The notes: generated by a model from the letters alone, not told the origin. 64,000 nucleotides of DNA from Hemiscyllium ocellatum (GCF_020745735.1 NW_026869102.1:367-64366), one strand, 5' to 3'. Positions 51,050 through 63,142 are shown, counted from the first letter of the stretch. Program-made: numbers and translations.

Positions 51050-54000
51050 CCAGCTTACAATATTCACCCTTTGTTGAAGCTTATAGAATCCTGTACCTTG
51101 GATGCTGCCTGACCTGCTGTGCTTTTCCAGCATTTTCAGCTCTGATACTCCAGCATCTGCAGACCTCACTTTCTCCCAGAATTATGTACAGGACAACTGA
51201 CAAGGTGCTACTGGAACATCGGCAGATTGAAAGGTTCCATGGCAGGGAAAAGACAGACCATCTACAGGCTGCAGCGATGCTTGATACTCTACCAGATACC
51301 TTGTGGTCAGCAGGTTCGACGGACGTTGGTCACTGCCAACACGTCACACCAATCACATTCCATTTAATAGACCACACTCCAATTTGGCAGAGACAATACC
51401 CACACAAACCAGAGGCTGAAGCTGGCATTGCCGACACAGTTGAAGGATGTAGGGATACTAGCATCAGTAGCATCAAAGCAGTAGGGGTGCTAGAATCCTC
51501 CCAGTCAGCCTGGAACACTCCTATCTTACCTGTAGAGAAGCAGAATACAGGCAAATATAGGATGGTGCATGATCTTAGACGGATCAATAGAGTCGTTTCT
51601 ACTCCAACAGTTCCAGTCTCAAACCCCTTACACTGCGATGTCTGAGCTGACCCCTGACCATAAGTGGTTCTCGTGCATTGATCTGGCCAACGCGTTCTTC
51701 TGTTTGCCCCGAGCTGATCATTTGAGGGACATTTTTTCGTTCACATACAAAGGCCAACAACTTCGTTATACAAGGGTCCCTCAAGGATTCATTTTGTCGC
51801 TTGGGGTGTTTAATCAGGTACTGAAACAGCAGCTGAAGGATCTGACGCTCCCAAACAGGGTGGTATTGATCCAGTATGTGGATGATATTCTTTTGACGGC
51901 ACCCGACCATGTTTCTTGTTTGGCAGCTACAAAGTTGTTGCTGCTTCTCCTGTATAACAGTGGTTTCAAAGTTTCATGGGCTAAATTGCAATGTTGCAGA
52001 CAAACAGTGTCTTTTTTGGGTAGAGTTATTTCCGCTAAGGGAACAGGTGTGTCTCCGTCCCATAGATCCTCCATTCTGCATCATACCAAACCAGTCACTG
52101 TAAAAGACATGCTCATTTCTTGGGTTGGCAGGATACAGTAGACAATTCGTTGCATTATATGGGGAGCTCACTTTCCCTCTAAAGGGCCATGGTAAATGAA
52201 CAAGGTATGAGAAATTTGTCAGCCCATTTGCAGTGGACCACGGAGAGAGACGAAAGTTTCATATCTCTTAAACAGGCCCTAACGCGGGCTGCTGATTTAG
52301 CGGTCCTGGATTACAAAGAGCCATTTTTCCTCTATTTCTGAAAAAGTACATACAATAAATGGCATTCTTTTTCAGAAAAAAGGGGGTGGCAGGCAGGTGC
52401 TAATGTATGTAAGTGTTACCCTTGACCCAATAGGAGGACAGACACCCACCATGTACAAGACATGCAGCAGGGGTAACAAAAATTCTCCAAAAGGTAGCAC
52501 ATAGTCATGGGCGATTCACTAACAGTACTGACGACATTATATTATAGTGGCCAATGTGAACTCAACAGCCTTCACAATGGCATCACTGCAGCAAACCAGG
52601 TTAGAGAAAATCCTGAATGCACCACATAATTTTTACACATGAAGAATTAACATGGCTGATAACATGGGAGAAAGAGAGCCACATATGTGCCCTTTCCTCA
52701 CACAGACGTCAAAATTAGGGCAGATTTACAGGCAATTCCATTAGTAGACCCAGAAGAAGCGCTGTTCACAGATGGTTGCTGTTACAGACATCCCACTTAG
52801 CTTTAATGTCCATTAGAAGCTCAGTAAACTATCACAGGGTTCACCCCGTACGAGCTAACAGGGCAGCAGTTCCCAGGACCAGGAGCTGGAATACAGATGT
52901 TAGAGGAAGGAGGAGCCTCTCTATGGTACAAACCTTATTATGACCAACTAACAGCTTTGGTCTCAGCTTTCTCCACACAGGTTGGTTCAGGAAAGGGGGA
53001 CCTACAGAGCCAGGCACCATCTACCACAGACTGGGTCCTGTGGAAGGTGAACAAATGGAAAAGGTCGGAGCCACGGTGGGCAGGACCTTACAAGGTGGTG
53101 GAAAGGACATCTCATGTGGTCTGACGACAGGGGAAAGGAGAAAGCTGTTACCATTGGAGCCAGTGTGCAGCTACGGAACCGCCAATGAGAACTCTAGAAC
53201 AAATAAGAACAGAAAGAGTAGAAGGGTCTTTAACTTTTAACTTTTGTGCAAAGGATATCATGTCTATCTTTGTAACTAGCCCACATTACCCCAGGCTGTT
53301 GGGGTTGGGAGTTTTTGCTATTATTTTATGGATAAGTGTTATGCCACTGTTAATAAGGGTATCAACCGCAAGGGACAAACAGACGAGGGAGAAAGTCCCA
53401 GGAATAAGAGATCAACAGGACAAGAGATGGACAGATGTTTAAGGGAGGCAGGGAGCCGGGTGCACAGACATGATAAAACGGGTGGTACAACATACCAGTT
53501 TGACTTGTGCCAAGTAATAGACTGTGGCCAAAATACAGGGAGCTGGAGGGAGTATGATGTATACCTTTGCATCTACACCATTGATTATCACCCATGCCCA
53601 TCGTGGGATGATGTATTAACATGGACTGGGGTACAATGGACACCTAAGAAGTTGTCACCCTCGGATAATAGATGGGAAGTTCAAGACCATGTGAGCCTGA
53701 CTAAGGGATCATTCCTCAGAGCTTAAAAAATCCACTCTTGTTAACCCTGACAAAATTCGACACTAACCCTGGTCCCAAAGAGGTACAGATTTACTGAGGG
53801 AGTGATGATAGAAGCTTTTATTTTGTAATAGATGTGGATACCATGGGACTAGTGACGGTAAACCTTAGTGGACCCTCCTACGAACCAGCCACAAACCGAA
53901 AACACAACAAGCATGGTGGTAGAACCAAGTTCAGGAGTTGTGACAGTAGACTATAACAACCTCCTGAGAAGGGACATTATTACATTAGCCACCTGGTATG

Positions 54001-54540
54001 GGGATAAGAACGTACGGCTGGACTGGATGACAGCGACCGCAATCTCAATGAATAGGAGTAATTGTGTCGCGTGTTCCTCAGCCAGGCCAACCCTATTTAC
54101 CACCCCAGCCCCATTGTTCCCTAATGTAGACCCAGCAGGATTTCACTGCATGATGGCTCTCACCATGCAGGCAGACCCCCCCAAATTGTACCACCTTAAG
54201 TGTTATTTTTCCTCCTGTAAAGAATTCCATGTTACCTCCAGTGTTTACCCCAAGGGCCAACAATTACACTTGTTTCACTTAAAGATCGAATACAGTCTTG
54301 GGAGACATGCCCACTGACTGGTGTCAGGATACGATTAATGTAACCGGCTGGCAGAATGCTAGCACAATGGTTTGGGCCAGAGCTGATCTTTTTTGGTACT
54401 GTGGAGATAGATCCCTACAGATTAGTCTACCTCCAGATTGGGCTGGAACCTGTGCAATGGTCAGGCTAGGGGTACCCTGAACACTTAGAAAGACTACAGG
54501 GACTAGATCAGCATGCACGAATACGCAGGGATCTGTTTGA
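51050..54540 (+). mobile_element. endogenous retrovirus internal fragment (class I gamma/epsilon-like; partial pro-pol, IN C-terminus, env SU). No LTRs or gag were recognised
   Basis: ORF 51184..51645 encodes ...SAWNTPILPVEKQNTGKYRMVHDLRRINRVV, the gammaretrovirus-type RT N-terminus. ORF 51569..52141 carries ..LIQYVDDILLTAP.. (the YVDD motif). ORF 52897..53124 carries ..RWAGPYKVVERTSHVV (IN C-terminus). ORFs 53868..54480 are env-like, with the CVAC (CXXC) motif and ..LFWYCGDRSLQISLPPDWAGTCAMV. Confidence 0.75.
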
Positions 54541-54633
54541 TGTCACATCTGGCTCAACCACTTACACAGATGCAGGAAGTGTTCCTCGCGGTGTACCTGA
54601 TGAATATAAGTTGGCAGACCAGCACAATTGAAA

Positions 54634-54834
54634 ATGTCTAACCTACCTCCTGCGGATGTGCAGCCCTTTAGAAGATGGCCGCTTCCCATCACCGCTGGGT
54701 GAAGGTGGTGGTCCGGCTCCGACCCTACCAGTCCACAGAGGGCGAGCAGCAGGAGGGCCCCTGTATGCGTGGCCTGGACACCCGCTCGCTGGAGCTTGTG
54801 AACTGGAGGAGCCGGACAGAATCCATGCAGTACA
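54634..54834 (+). pseudogene. KIF22: inverted pseudo-copy of the KIF22 first coding exon
   Basis: Near-identical to the reverse complement of 45294-45496. It has a 1 bp deletion (ttaggaag to ttagaag), which frameshifts the reading frame, and a mutated donor (gtgagt to gtgact). The flanking intron sequence is also duplicated (54543-54960 matches 45170-45510). Confidence 0.8.
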
Positions 54835-54959
54835 AGTGACTGTCCTACAGGTGCCCCAACACTGACAGACCCATGCCCACCATCCCACCACCTCCTGGCT
54901 GGGACTGATGTGGCTATAGGGTCAGAACAGAGCACAATTGCAGAGATCACAGTTAACAC

Positions 54960-57125
54960 TCAGCAGTGATAATACCCCTTCTCACCATCCTGAGATGGCC
55001 AAAGGATACAGTGGGATAGAGATAAATTCAAAGTTTGGGAGTAGATTTGTAGCTCGGGTACTCGTTGTGGTTCTGTTCGCTGAGCTGGGAGTTTGTGTTG
55101 AAAACTACTGACACCCAGAAGCGGCAGAGACAAGCCACTATAAATGCCGGAGGAAACATCACAGAAGCGCTTCATAGGAGGCTCCCAAGCACTAAGGATG
55201 TCACCTAGAAAGGGGACGAAACATTTGCAACACAAACTCCCAGCTCAGCTAACAGAACCACAACGAGCACCCGAGCTACAAATCTTCTCCCAAACTTTGA
55301 ACACCTACGGGCGAGAGACGCCAAGACAAGCCAGGAAATGGGAATCCTATGCCAACCACCTAAGCCCCACACACGAACAACTCCAGTTCCTGCATCAACG
55401 CTGAAGGATGAGAATCCTTCCACCATGTGTCAGATACAGACCACCAGTCAACAATTCACAAGCCAGGGACACAGCCAGACAGAACGGACTCAGGATGATC
55501 CAGGTAATGATTCCAGACGCTCACAGACTTCACAAATACAGACAAGAAATTGCACACCAAAAATCATTAATTTCAAAAACCACCAATCAGGAATGGACCC
55601 AGACCGTAGAACAGGCCGTAGTACCAAACAGGACTACACACCACATAAAAACAGTGCTAAAAGAAAAGTGGCCAAACTAACAACGAAGACACCACAACAC
55701 ACACCTGGGTTAAAAACCTCTCCCACAGACACGGAAAGAACAATACTGGCCAAGGGACTCAACTACAACCACAGGAACACCAAGACAGCAGACTTCCTAG
55801 CAGCACTAGAATGCACACTCGGGAACAATGGATTGACAGAAGAGACACCAAACAGCGAGACAAAGTATCGTACCTCTGATAACAAGGAAAAGACACTCTC
55901 AACACCAAGGAGAGAGAAGTACTAAAATCACTAAGAAATGATAGGAACGTAATCGTGCTGCCAGCAGACAAAGGCAGAATGACAGTCATACTGGACAAAG
56001 CAGAGTACATCCAAAAGGCACAACTACTTGCAGATACCAACATCTACCCAAAGAGAGAGTCTGACCCCACCCCACAGCTCACCAATAGGATAAACACACT
56101 GAGGAATCTACAAAAAAACGGACAGATAACCAGGTCTGACCTACAAAGAATGAAACCGGAAAGGAACACCACCCCCAGATTCTATGGACTACCTAAAGTA
56201 CACAAACCAGACATCCCACTCAGACCCATAGTATCACTACCAGGGACACCATCACACAAACTGGCTAAAGAGCTACAGCAGAAACTGAAACACCTGATCA
56301 GCAGATCCAAACAATCTATACAATCAACAGGAATTCTTGGACATCAGAAATATACACAGACAAGGAAGAAACCATGGTCTCATTCGATGTAATGGCACTG
56401 TTCACCTCTATCGACAAAACCCTAGCCAGAGAAACAATATCCAACCTGCAGGACATACAGAACAGACAACAGGACGTTGAACCTATTAACAAAGACGGCA
56501 TACTTAAACTACTGGACCTGTGCCTCACAACACACTTCACATTCAACAACCAGATATACGAACAAATCAACAGAACACCCATGGGCTCACCGATCTCTGG
56601 ACTCACAGCAGAAGCAGTAATGCAAAGGTTAGAACAAACAGTCTTACTGCAAATACAACCCAAACTCTGGGTCAGATATGTGGGTGACACCTTTGTAATC
56701 ATTAAAAACAGAAATAGAGAACACACACCGGATCATCAACGCCACCCTCACAGGAATCTGATTCACGAGAGAGGAAGAAAAGGACAAACAGCTCCCATTC
56801 CTAGACGTGATGGTACAGAGAACACCGAATGGAGAATTCACTACAAAGGTATACAGGAAAGCCACACACACAGACTAAGTCCTGAACTATGAAAGCAACC
56901 ACCCCAACCCACACAAACAAAATTGCATCAGGACACTATTCAAAAGGGCCACAACATGCTGCAGCACACCAGAACTACAAAAAGAGGAACACAAGGTATT
57001 CACCAAAAACAGATACTCGCACAATTTCATCAACAGATGCCTAAGGGAGAGACAACGGAACGAGGACATGCCGCAACCCAAGTTGAAAGGGTTCTAAAAA
57101 GATTTGAAAGATATAAAGGGACCTA
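54960..57125 (+). mobile_element. degenerate Penelope-like element (3' tail of one copy at 54960-55300, then an RT region with frameshifts)
   Basis: ORFs 55955..56892 encode ..HFTFNNQIYEQINRTPMGSPISGLTAEAVMQRLEQTVLLQIQPKLWVRYVGDTFVIIKN.., the PLE RT (compare 22.4-22.7 kb). At 55.17-55.22 there is a mutated hammerhead-like core (CUAAGGAUG). Confidence 0.6.
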
Positions 57126-57129
57126 AGGG

Positions 57130-57360
57130 GCAACTGTTTCACCCAGAGGGTGATGCATGTATGGAATGAGCTGCCAGAGGAAGTGGAGGAGGCTGGTACG
57201 ATTGGAACATTTAAAAGGCATCTGGATGGGTATATGAATAGGAAGGGTTTGAGGCAAATGGGACAAGATTAGGTTAGTCTATTTGGTCAGGATGGACTGA
57301 AGGGTCTGTTTCCGTGCTGTACATCTCTGACTCTAAGTAGGGATATTACTAGTAATCAAA
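57130..57360 (+). mobile_element. L2 3' tail
   Basis: ..ggaagtggaggaggctggtacgattggaacatttaaaaggcatctggatgggtatatgaataggaagggtttgag...gtctgtttccgtgctgtacatctctgactc. It is the reverse complement of 43500-43700, so it belongs to the inverted duplication. Confidence 0.6.
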
Positions 57361-57374
57361 ACCCTGAGGGGCTC

Positions 57375-57537
57375 TTGTTATAATGTGATGGTGCCTTGGG
57401 TGTGTGGGGGGGGGGGGGAAAAACACGTCACAGCTGGAATTCAGTATGTGAATTCAGTGAAACCGATCCTATCCCATGTCCTGAATGGACAGAATGCCAG
57501 TGTCTTTGCCTATGGCCCTACGGGAGCAGGTGGGTGA
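57375..57537 (+). pseudogene. KIF22: inverted pseudo-copy of KIF22 coding exon 2 (diverged 5' part with a G-rich insertion, intact 3' part plus donor)
   Basis: ..tatgtgaattcagtgaaaccgatcctatcccatgtcctgaatggacagaatgccagtgtctttgcctatggccctacgggagcag|gtgggtgagtg matches exon 2 at 42546-42640. The flanking intron (57545-57945) matches 42130-42545 in reverse complement. Confidence 0.75.
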
Positions 57538-57952
57538 GTGACTGTCCACTGTCCTGCCTCTTTCCTTAGTGACCAGCCCCCTCAGAGCCTACAGCCTTAA
57601 AACCTGTCCTTTAACATTTAGACTAAAATGTCATGTTGCATTGTCAAACACACTTGCTGCACACCAGAAAATAGACAGGCAGGGAGGTTAAGGTCATGAA
57701 GGACATCAGTGAATCTGTGTCAACAGAACACAGTGATAACATTCACAGCTGTTCCTTTGTGAAATTAATAACTGTTTGATTCTGGCCTTGAAACAAAACT
57801 ATCAATTAACTTCTCTCCCCAATTATTGTCCTTCACTGTTGTCTGTCTAGTTAAGAATGCGCAGGGTTTTTGTAAACCTTCTTGTATAAAGGAAGACAGT
57901 TTGGGACCGTTCAGCACAGTACCCCGTCAGGGTTGTAGAAGAGCTGATCTCC

Positions 57953-58151
57953 CCACTAGAGACCACGCACCAAGACTTGGTGATTCGAGGGGACCAAGAC
58001 AAGAACATCTCCGTCCCCGACCTGACACAGCAGCACATCACCAGCTTCGTGGAGTTTGAGCAGTTCTTTCTGCCAGCCACACAGACAGACCACAGCCTGC
58101 ACCAAGTTGAATTGTCGGTCCAGTCGCAGCCACTCTGTGCTCCTGATTAAG
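57953..58151 (+). pseudogene. KIF22: inverted pseudo-copy of KIF22 coding exon 4 (switch I). Exon 3 is deleted
   Basis: It matches 41080-41282 in reverse complement, with a 2 bp deletion (acaaagacggacc to acagacagacc) that frameshifts it. A deletion spanning original 41290-42120 removes the GKTHTM exon. Homology ends about 10 bp after the exon donor. Confidence 0.75.
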
Positions 58152-58779
58152 GTCCAGCTAAGACGGGGCAGCCCATTGCTGTCGGGTCCTGTATTCTGGT
58201 TAGCCCGTTCCCCGGGGTTTCCACCCACGGGTGAATCCATTAACAGCGCCGTTGCCAGGCTTCCTCTCAAACCTGCGCCCGTAGACCCTCGGCTCACCGC
58301 AGGGCTGGAAGTGACCGCTGTTCCTCACCCTGCCATCTCCCGCCTGCAGCCTCCCGGGTGTTGCCTGGTGGTAGTATCCACCCTCAGGGCCTGGGAGCCT
58401 CCCCAGGGGCCGGGAGGAGCTGCCTTCACTTCCCAGAGCCCGGCCCGCGGGCCGATAGTATCCACTGTCCCCTCCGCCTCCACCACCGCCGTCTTAACGC
58501 CGGACAGTAGTTTGTACCAACGCCATTGGCTGAGCCCAGGCTCCTGTGTTCATCCACCTCACGATTGACCGAGTTCTCCATGTCCCTCTTCAGCACCGTA
58601 TCTGTTACACAGCCCCAGACCTACAGGCAGGGAGACAGACAGACAGACAACACCTGGGCATTGACACCAGAGAGACAGGCCACTGAAGGCAGCTACCATC
58701 ATACTTCCCTCCATCAGTCAGAGCATCAATTCTCGGAGGTGGGACATCCTGCTGGTCGGGTATAACAGGCAGGGGTGTG

Positions 58780-59050
58780 GGCTGGGGGGGGGAACGAGGG
58801 GAAGAGCACGGGGGGAGGGGAGTGGGAGGGAAGAGAGAACAGTGCTGGGGCGGGAGGGAAAGAGGGGAGACAGCAGAGGAGTGGAGGGGGGAAAGGGGGG
58901 AGGGTAGGGGAGTGGAGGGGGGAGAAAGGAGGGAGGGGACAGTGCAGGTGGGAGTGAAGGGACAGTGGGGTGCAAACGATTGGGGAGGGGGGGTTTAAGG
59001 GAAAGAGAGGACCGTGGGGGTGGGGGGCGGAAGGGAAGAGAGTTTGTGAG
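58780..59050. repeat. purine (GA/GGA)-rich low-complexity tract
   Basis: Read directly from the sequence. ORFs 58718-59119 are artefacts. Confidence 0.8.
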
Positions 59051-59689
59051 ATGTGGTACACTCACTTCCCCCTCCCTCCCTTCTGGAGGGAGTGGTGGAG
59101 GCTGGGACGACTGCAACATTTAAGGGGCGTTTGGGTGGGTATAGGAATAGGAAGGGTTTGGAGGGATAGAGGCCGGGTGCTGGCAGGTGGGAATGGATTG
59201 GGTTGGGATAACTGGGTCAGCACGGACAGGTTGGACCGAAGGGTCTGTTTCCGTGCTGTACATCTCTATGACTCTAGAGGTACAGGTTCATGGTGGGAAG
59301 GGGAAAGGTTCACAAGGATGTTAGAGGGTCTGAGCTGAAGGGAAGAGGCTGAGGGATGACCCTATAGAGGTTAATAGGGTCATGGATAAGGTGAAGGGTC
59401 AAGGTATTATCCCTCAGGGGGTGGTGAGGGAGGACAAAACTAGAGGGTCACAGGTTAAGGGTGAGAGGGGAAAGGTTCACAAGGATGTTGGAGGGTTTGA
59501 GCTGAAGGGGGGAGGCTGAGGGATAACCTTATAGAGGTTTATAGGGTCATGGGGGGGTCAGTGGGTAAGAACCAGAGGGTCAAAGGTCAAACATTTACAA
59601 AGGAACAACTTTTTCACGCGGAGAAGGTGCAAAGAGCTGCCCGAGGAAGCGATACAATAAATAACACCAGGAAAAGGCATAGTTTCCGG

Positions 59690-60292
59690 CCGGTTTTTAA
59701 CCTGTTTGCTGCTATTTTAAACACAACGAGCCTCCTCCCGCCTCCCAACCGCCGCCCGATTTAAATCTGATCAAAGCCCCGCCCTCCTCCCGGCCCGAGC
59801 GCCAGCGCCTCGCCTTCCATTGGCTACCCTCCGGGAGGTGGGCGGGGGTGATTGGTTGCGCGCGCGGGGCATTACCGACGTTGATACGGCAAGAGCAGTG
59901 ACTGGCAACGGGTTTATCCAATCCGATGGGGGAGAAGGGGTAGCCAATGGGAAGCGAGGTTAGGGCCGGGAGTGCGGGTGTTGGGGGGGGGTGAGAGTTG
60001 GAGGCGGCGGGGCCTCAGAGGCCGGACACGCGCGGAGTGCCCAATGGCCGCTGGGCCACGTGATCCGCGGTGAGGCATCCGATTGACGGGCGGCCGGACC
60101 AACCAGAGGCAGGTACTGGGTAAAGGGGCGTTCCTGAGCTGAGCGGCCAATGAGAGCGGTGTGGGGATGCGGCGGAGGACCAATAGGACGAGGCGCTCGC
60201 GCTCGGGGGGGGCGGGGCTTTGGTCAGATTTAAATCGGGCGGCGGTTGGGAGGCGGGAGGAGGCTCGTTGTGTTTAAAATGGCAGCAAACAG
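59690..60292. promoter_or_regulatory. copy C of the promoter plus exon-1 module, arranged as a head-to-head palindrome
   Basis: 59690-59805 carries exon 1 plus the proximal promoter in minus orientation (..cctgtttgctgctattttaaacacaacgagcc..gatttaaatctgatcaaagccccgcc). 59810-60292 carries the full CCAAT-cluster promoter plus exon 1 in plus orientation, ending ..gtgtttaaaatggcagcaaacag|gtaaaaacc at about 60292. Confidence 0.5.
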
Positions 60293-60339
60293 GTAAAAAC
60301 CGGCCTCTTACCTGGTGTTATTTATAGTAATCTGAGGTC

Positions 60340-62060
60340 ACTGTACACTACACCCATTATGGTGTCACCATCCAACTATATCCCCTACATTCACATCCAA
60401 ATCATGTATATAAATGACAAATTAGTGGACCCAGCACCGATCCTTGTGGCGCTCCACTGGGCACAGGCCTCCAGTCTGAACAACAACTCTCCACCACCAC
60501 CCTCTGCCTTTCCCTACAGCTCAAACCCTGGCAACATCCATCTTTCCAATAGGAAGGAGATCAGAACTGCATGCAATATTCCAACAGTGGCCTAACCAAT
60601 GTCCTGTCCAGCCACAACATGACCCTCCCAACTCCTATACTTAACACTCTGCCCTACAAAGGAAAGCATACCAAACACCTTCTTCACTATCCTATCCACT
60701 TGGGACCCCACTTTCAGGGAGCTATGAACCTGCACTGTTGTTCTACAACACTCTCGGACCTTACCATTAAGCGTATAGGTCCTGCTAAGATTGGCTTTCC
60801 CCAAAATGCAGCACCTCAAGTTAAACTCCATCTGCCACTCCTCAGCCCACTGGCCCAGCTGATCAAGATCCCATTGTAATCTGAGGTAACCTACTTCACT
60901 GTCCACTACACCTCCAATTATGGTGTCACCATCCAACTATACCTCCTACGTTCACATCCAAATCATTTATATAAATGCCGAAAAGTAGTGGACCCAGCAC
61001 CGATCCTTGTGGTGCTCCACTGGGCACAGGACTCCAGTCTGAACAACAACCCTCCACCGCCACCCTCTGTCTTTCCCTACAGCTCAAACCCTGGCAACAT
61101 CCATCTTTCCAATAGGAAGGAGATCAGAACTGCATGCAATATTCCAACAGTGGCCTAACCAATGTCCTGTCCAGCCACAACATGACCCTCCCAACTCCTA
61201 TACTTAACACTCTGCCCTACAAAGGAAAGCATACCAAACACCTTCTTCACTATCCTATCCACTTGGGACCCCACTTTCAAGGAGCTATGAACCTGCACTG
61301 TTGTTCTACAACACTCTCGGACCCTACCATTAAGCGTATAGGTCCTGCTAAGATTTGCTTTCCCCAAAATGCAGCACCTCACGTTTACCCAAGTTAAACT
61401 CCATCTGCCACTCCTCAGCCCATTGGCCCAGCTGATCAAGATCCCATTGTAATCTGAGGTAACCTACTTCACTGTCCACTACACCTCCAATTATGGTGTC
61501 ACCATCCAACTATACCTCCTACGTTCACATCCAAATCATTGATATAAATGCCGAAAAGTAGTGGACCCAGCACCGATCCTTGTGGCACTCCACTGGGCAC
61601 AGGCCTCCAGTCTGAAAAACATCTCTCCACCGCCACCCTCTGTCTTTCCCTACAGCTCAAACCCTGCCAACATCCATCTTTCCAATAGGAAGGAGATCAG
61701 AACTGCATGCAATATTCCAACAGTGGCCTAACCAATGTCCTGTCCAGCCACAACATGACCCTCCCAACTCCTATACTTAACACTCTGCCCTACAAAGGAA
61801 AGCATACCAAACACCTTCTTCACTATCCTATCCACTTGGGACCCCACTTTCAAGGAGCTATGAACCTGCACTGTTGTTCTACAACACTCTCAGACCTTAC
61901 CATTAAGCGTATAGGTCCTGCTAAGATTGGCTTTCCCCAAAATGCAGCACCTCACGTTTACCCAAGTTAAACTCCATCTGCCACTCCTCAGCCCATTGGC
62001 CCAGCTGATCAAGATCCCATTGTAATCTGAGGTAACCTACTTCACTGTCCACTACACCTC
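60340..62060 (-). repeat. tandem triplication (about 573 bp unit) of an L2 3'-end fragment
   Basis: Identical ORFs recur with a period of about 570 bp: 60571, 61134 and 61707 on plus, and 60592 and 61155 on minus (..FGKANLSRTYTLNGKVRECCRTTVQVHSSLKVGSQVDRIVKKVFGMLSFVGQSVKYRSWEGHVVAGQD = L2 RT C-terminal region). The boundary motif gtcactgtccactacacctccaattatggtgtcacc occurs at about 60340, 60895, 61468 and 62035. Confidence 0.8.
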
Positions 62061-62069
62061 CAATTATGG

Positions 62070-63050
62070 TGTCACCATCCAACTATACCTCCTACATTCA
62101 CATCCAAATCATTTATATAAATGCCGAAAAGTAGTGGACCCAGCACCGATCCTTGTGACACTCCACTGGGCACAGGCCTCCAGTCTGAAAAACAACTCTC
62201 CACCACCACCCTCTGTCTTCTCCCTTCAAGCCTGTTCTGGATCCAAATGGCTAGTTCTCCCTGTATTCCATGAGATCTAACCTTGCTAACCAGTCTCCCA
62301 TGGGGAACCTTGGGAAACACCTTACTGAAGGCCATATAGATCACGTCCACTGCTCTGCCCTCCTTCGGGACCAACAGGCCTGGGTTCAAATCCCACTTGT
62401 CCCAGAAACTTTTATTAGCGCCTCTGAACAAGCGAATTACCAAACATTGAACCAAATACTAAAATGTACAAGCAAAAGTAAGTAAGAGCATGTTAAGGTC
62501 AAAATGTTAGTGGATGAGCCCCAGCCAGAAGCCAGCTCTTAAATACAACTTACACTCGATCAACTCTGGAGCTATTCCGGCATACCTTTCAAACAAACAT
62601 CACTTCCAGGCCGACACTCTCTGGACGGAGGTGAAGGGAGGAGTATGCTGGCTTGCAACGCAGAGTGATACCAACAGCATGTCCCAATCTCTCTCCACAG
62701 GAACATTTTCCCAAGCCTCCACCACCACCCTCTGTCTTCTACCTTCGAACCAGTTCTGTATCCAAATGGCTAGTTCTCCCTGTATTCCATGAGATCTAAC
62801 CTTGCTAATCAGTCTTCTATGGGGATCCTTGTCGAACGCCTTACTGGAGTCCATATAGATCACATCTACTGCTCTGCCATCATCAGTCTTCTTTGTTGCT
62901 TCTTCAAAAAACTCAATCAAGTTTGTGAGACAGGATTTCCCACGCACAAAGCCATGCTGACTATCCCAAATCAGTCCTTGCCTTTCCAAAGACATGTACA
63001 TCCTGTCCCTCCTCATTCTCTCTAATTTTGTCTTCCCTCACCTTGTCCTG
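62070..63050 (-). mobile_element. L2 RT fragment continuous with the tandem array
   Basis: Minus ORFs 62072..62455 and 62600..63016 (..[79 protein letters not shown]..). Confidence 0.7.
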
Positions 63051-63142
63051 AGGGAAAAGACCTTGACCCTTCACCTTATCAATGACCCTATACTCCTCTC
63101 AAAGGTCAACCCTCAGCTTCTCCCTAAAGCTCAAACCTTCCG

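Noticed and set aside
57956-58297. Minus-strand ORF 57956..58297 and plus ORF 58056..58568 as genes
   Set aside because: They are read-through, antisense or out-of-frame translations across the KIF22 pseudo-exon 4 copy and adjacent GC-rich DNA. The true coding information is the frameshifted switch-I exon copy.
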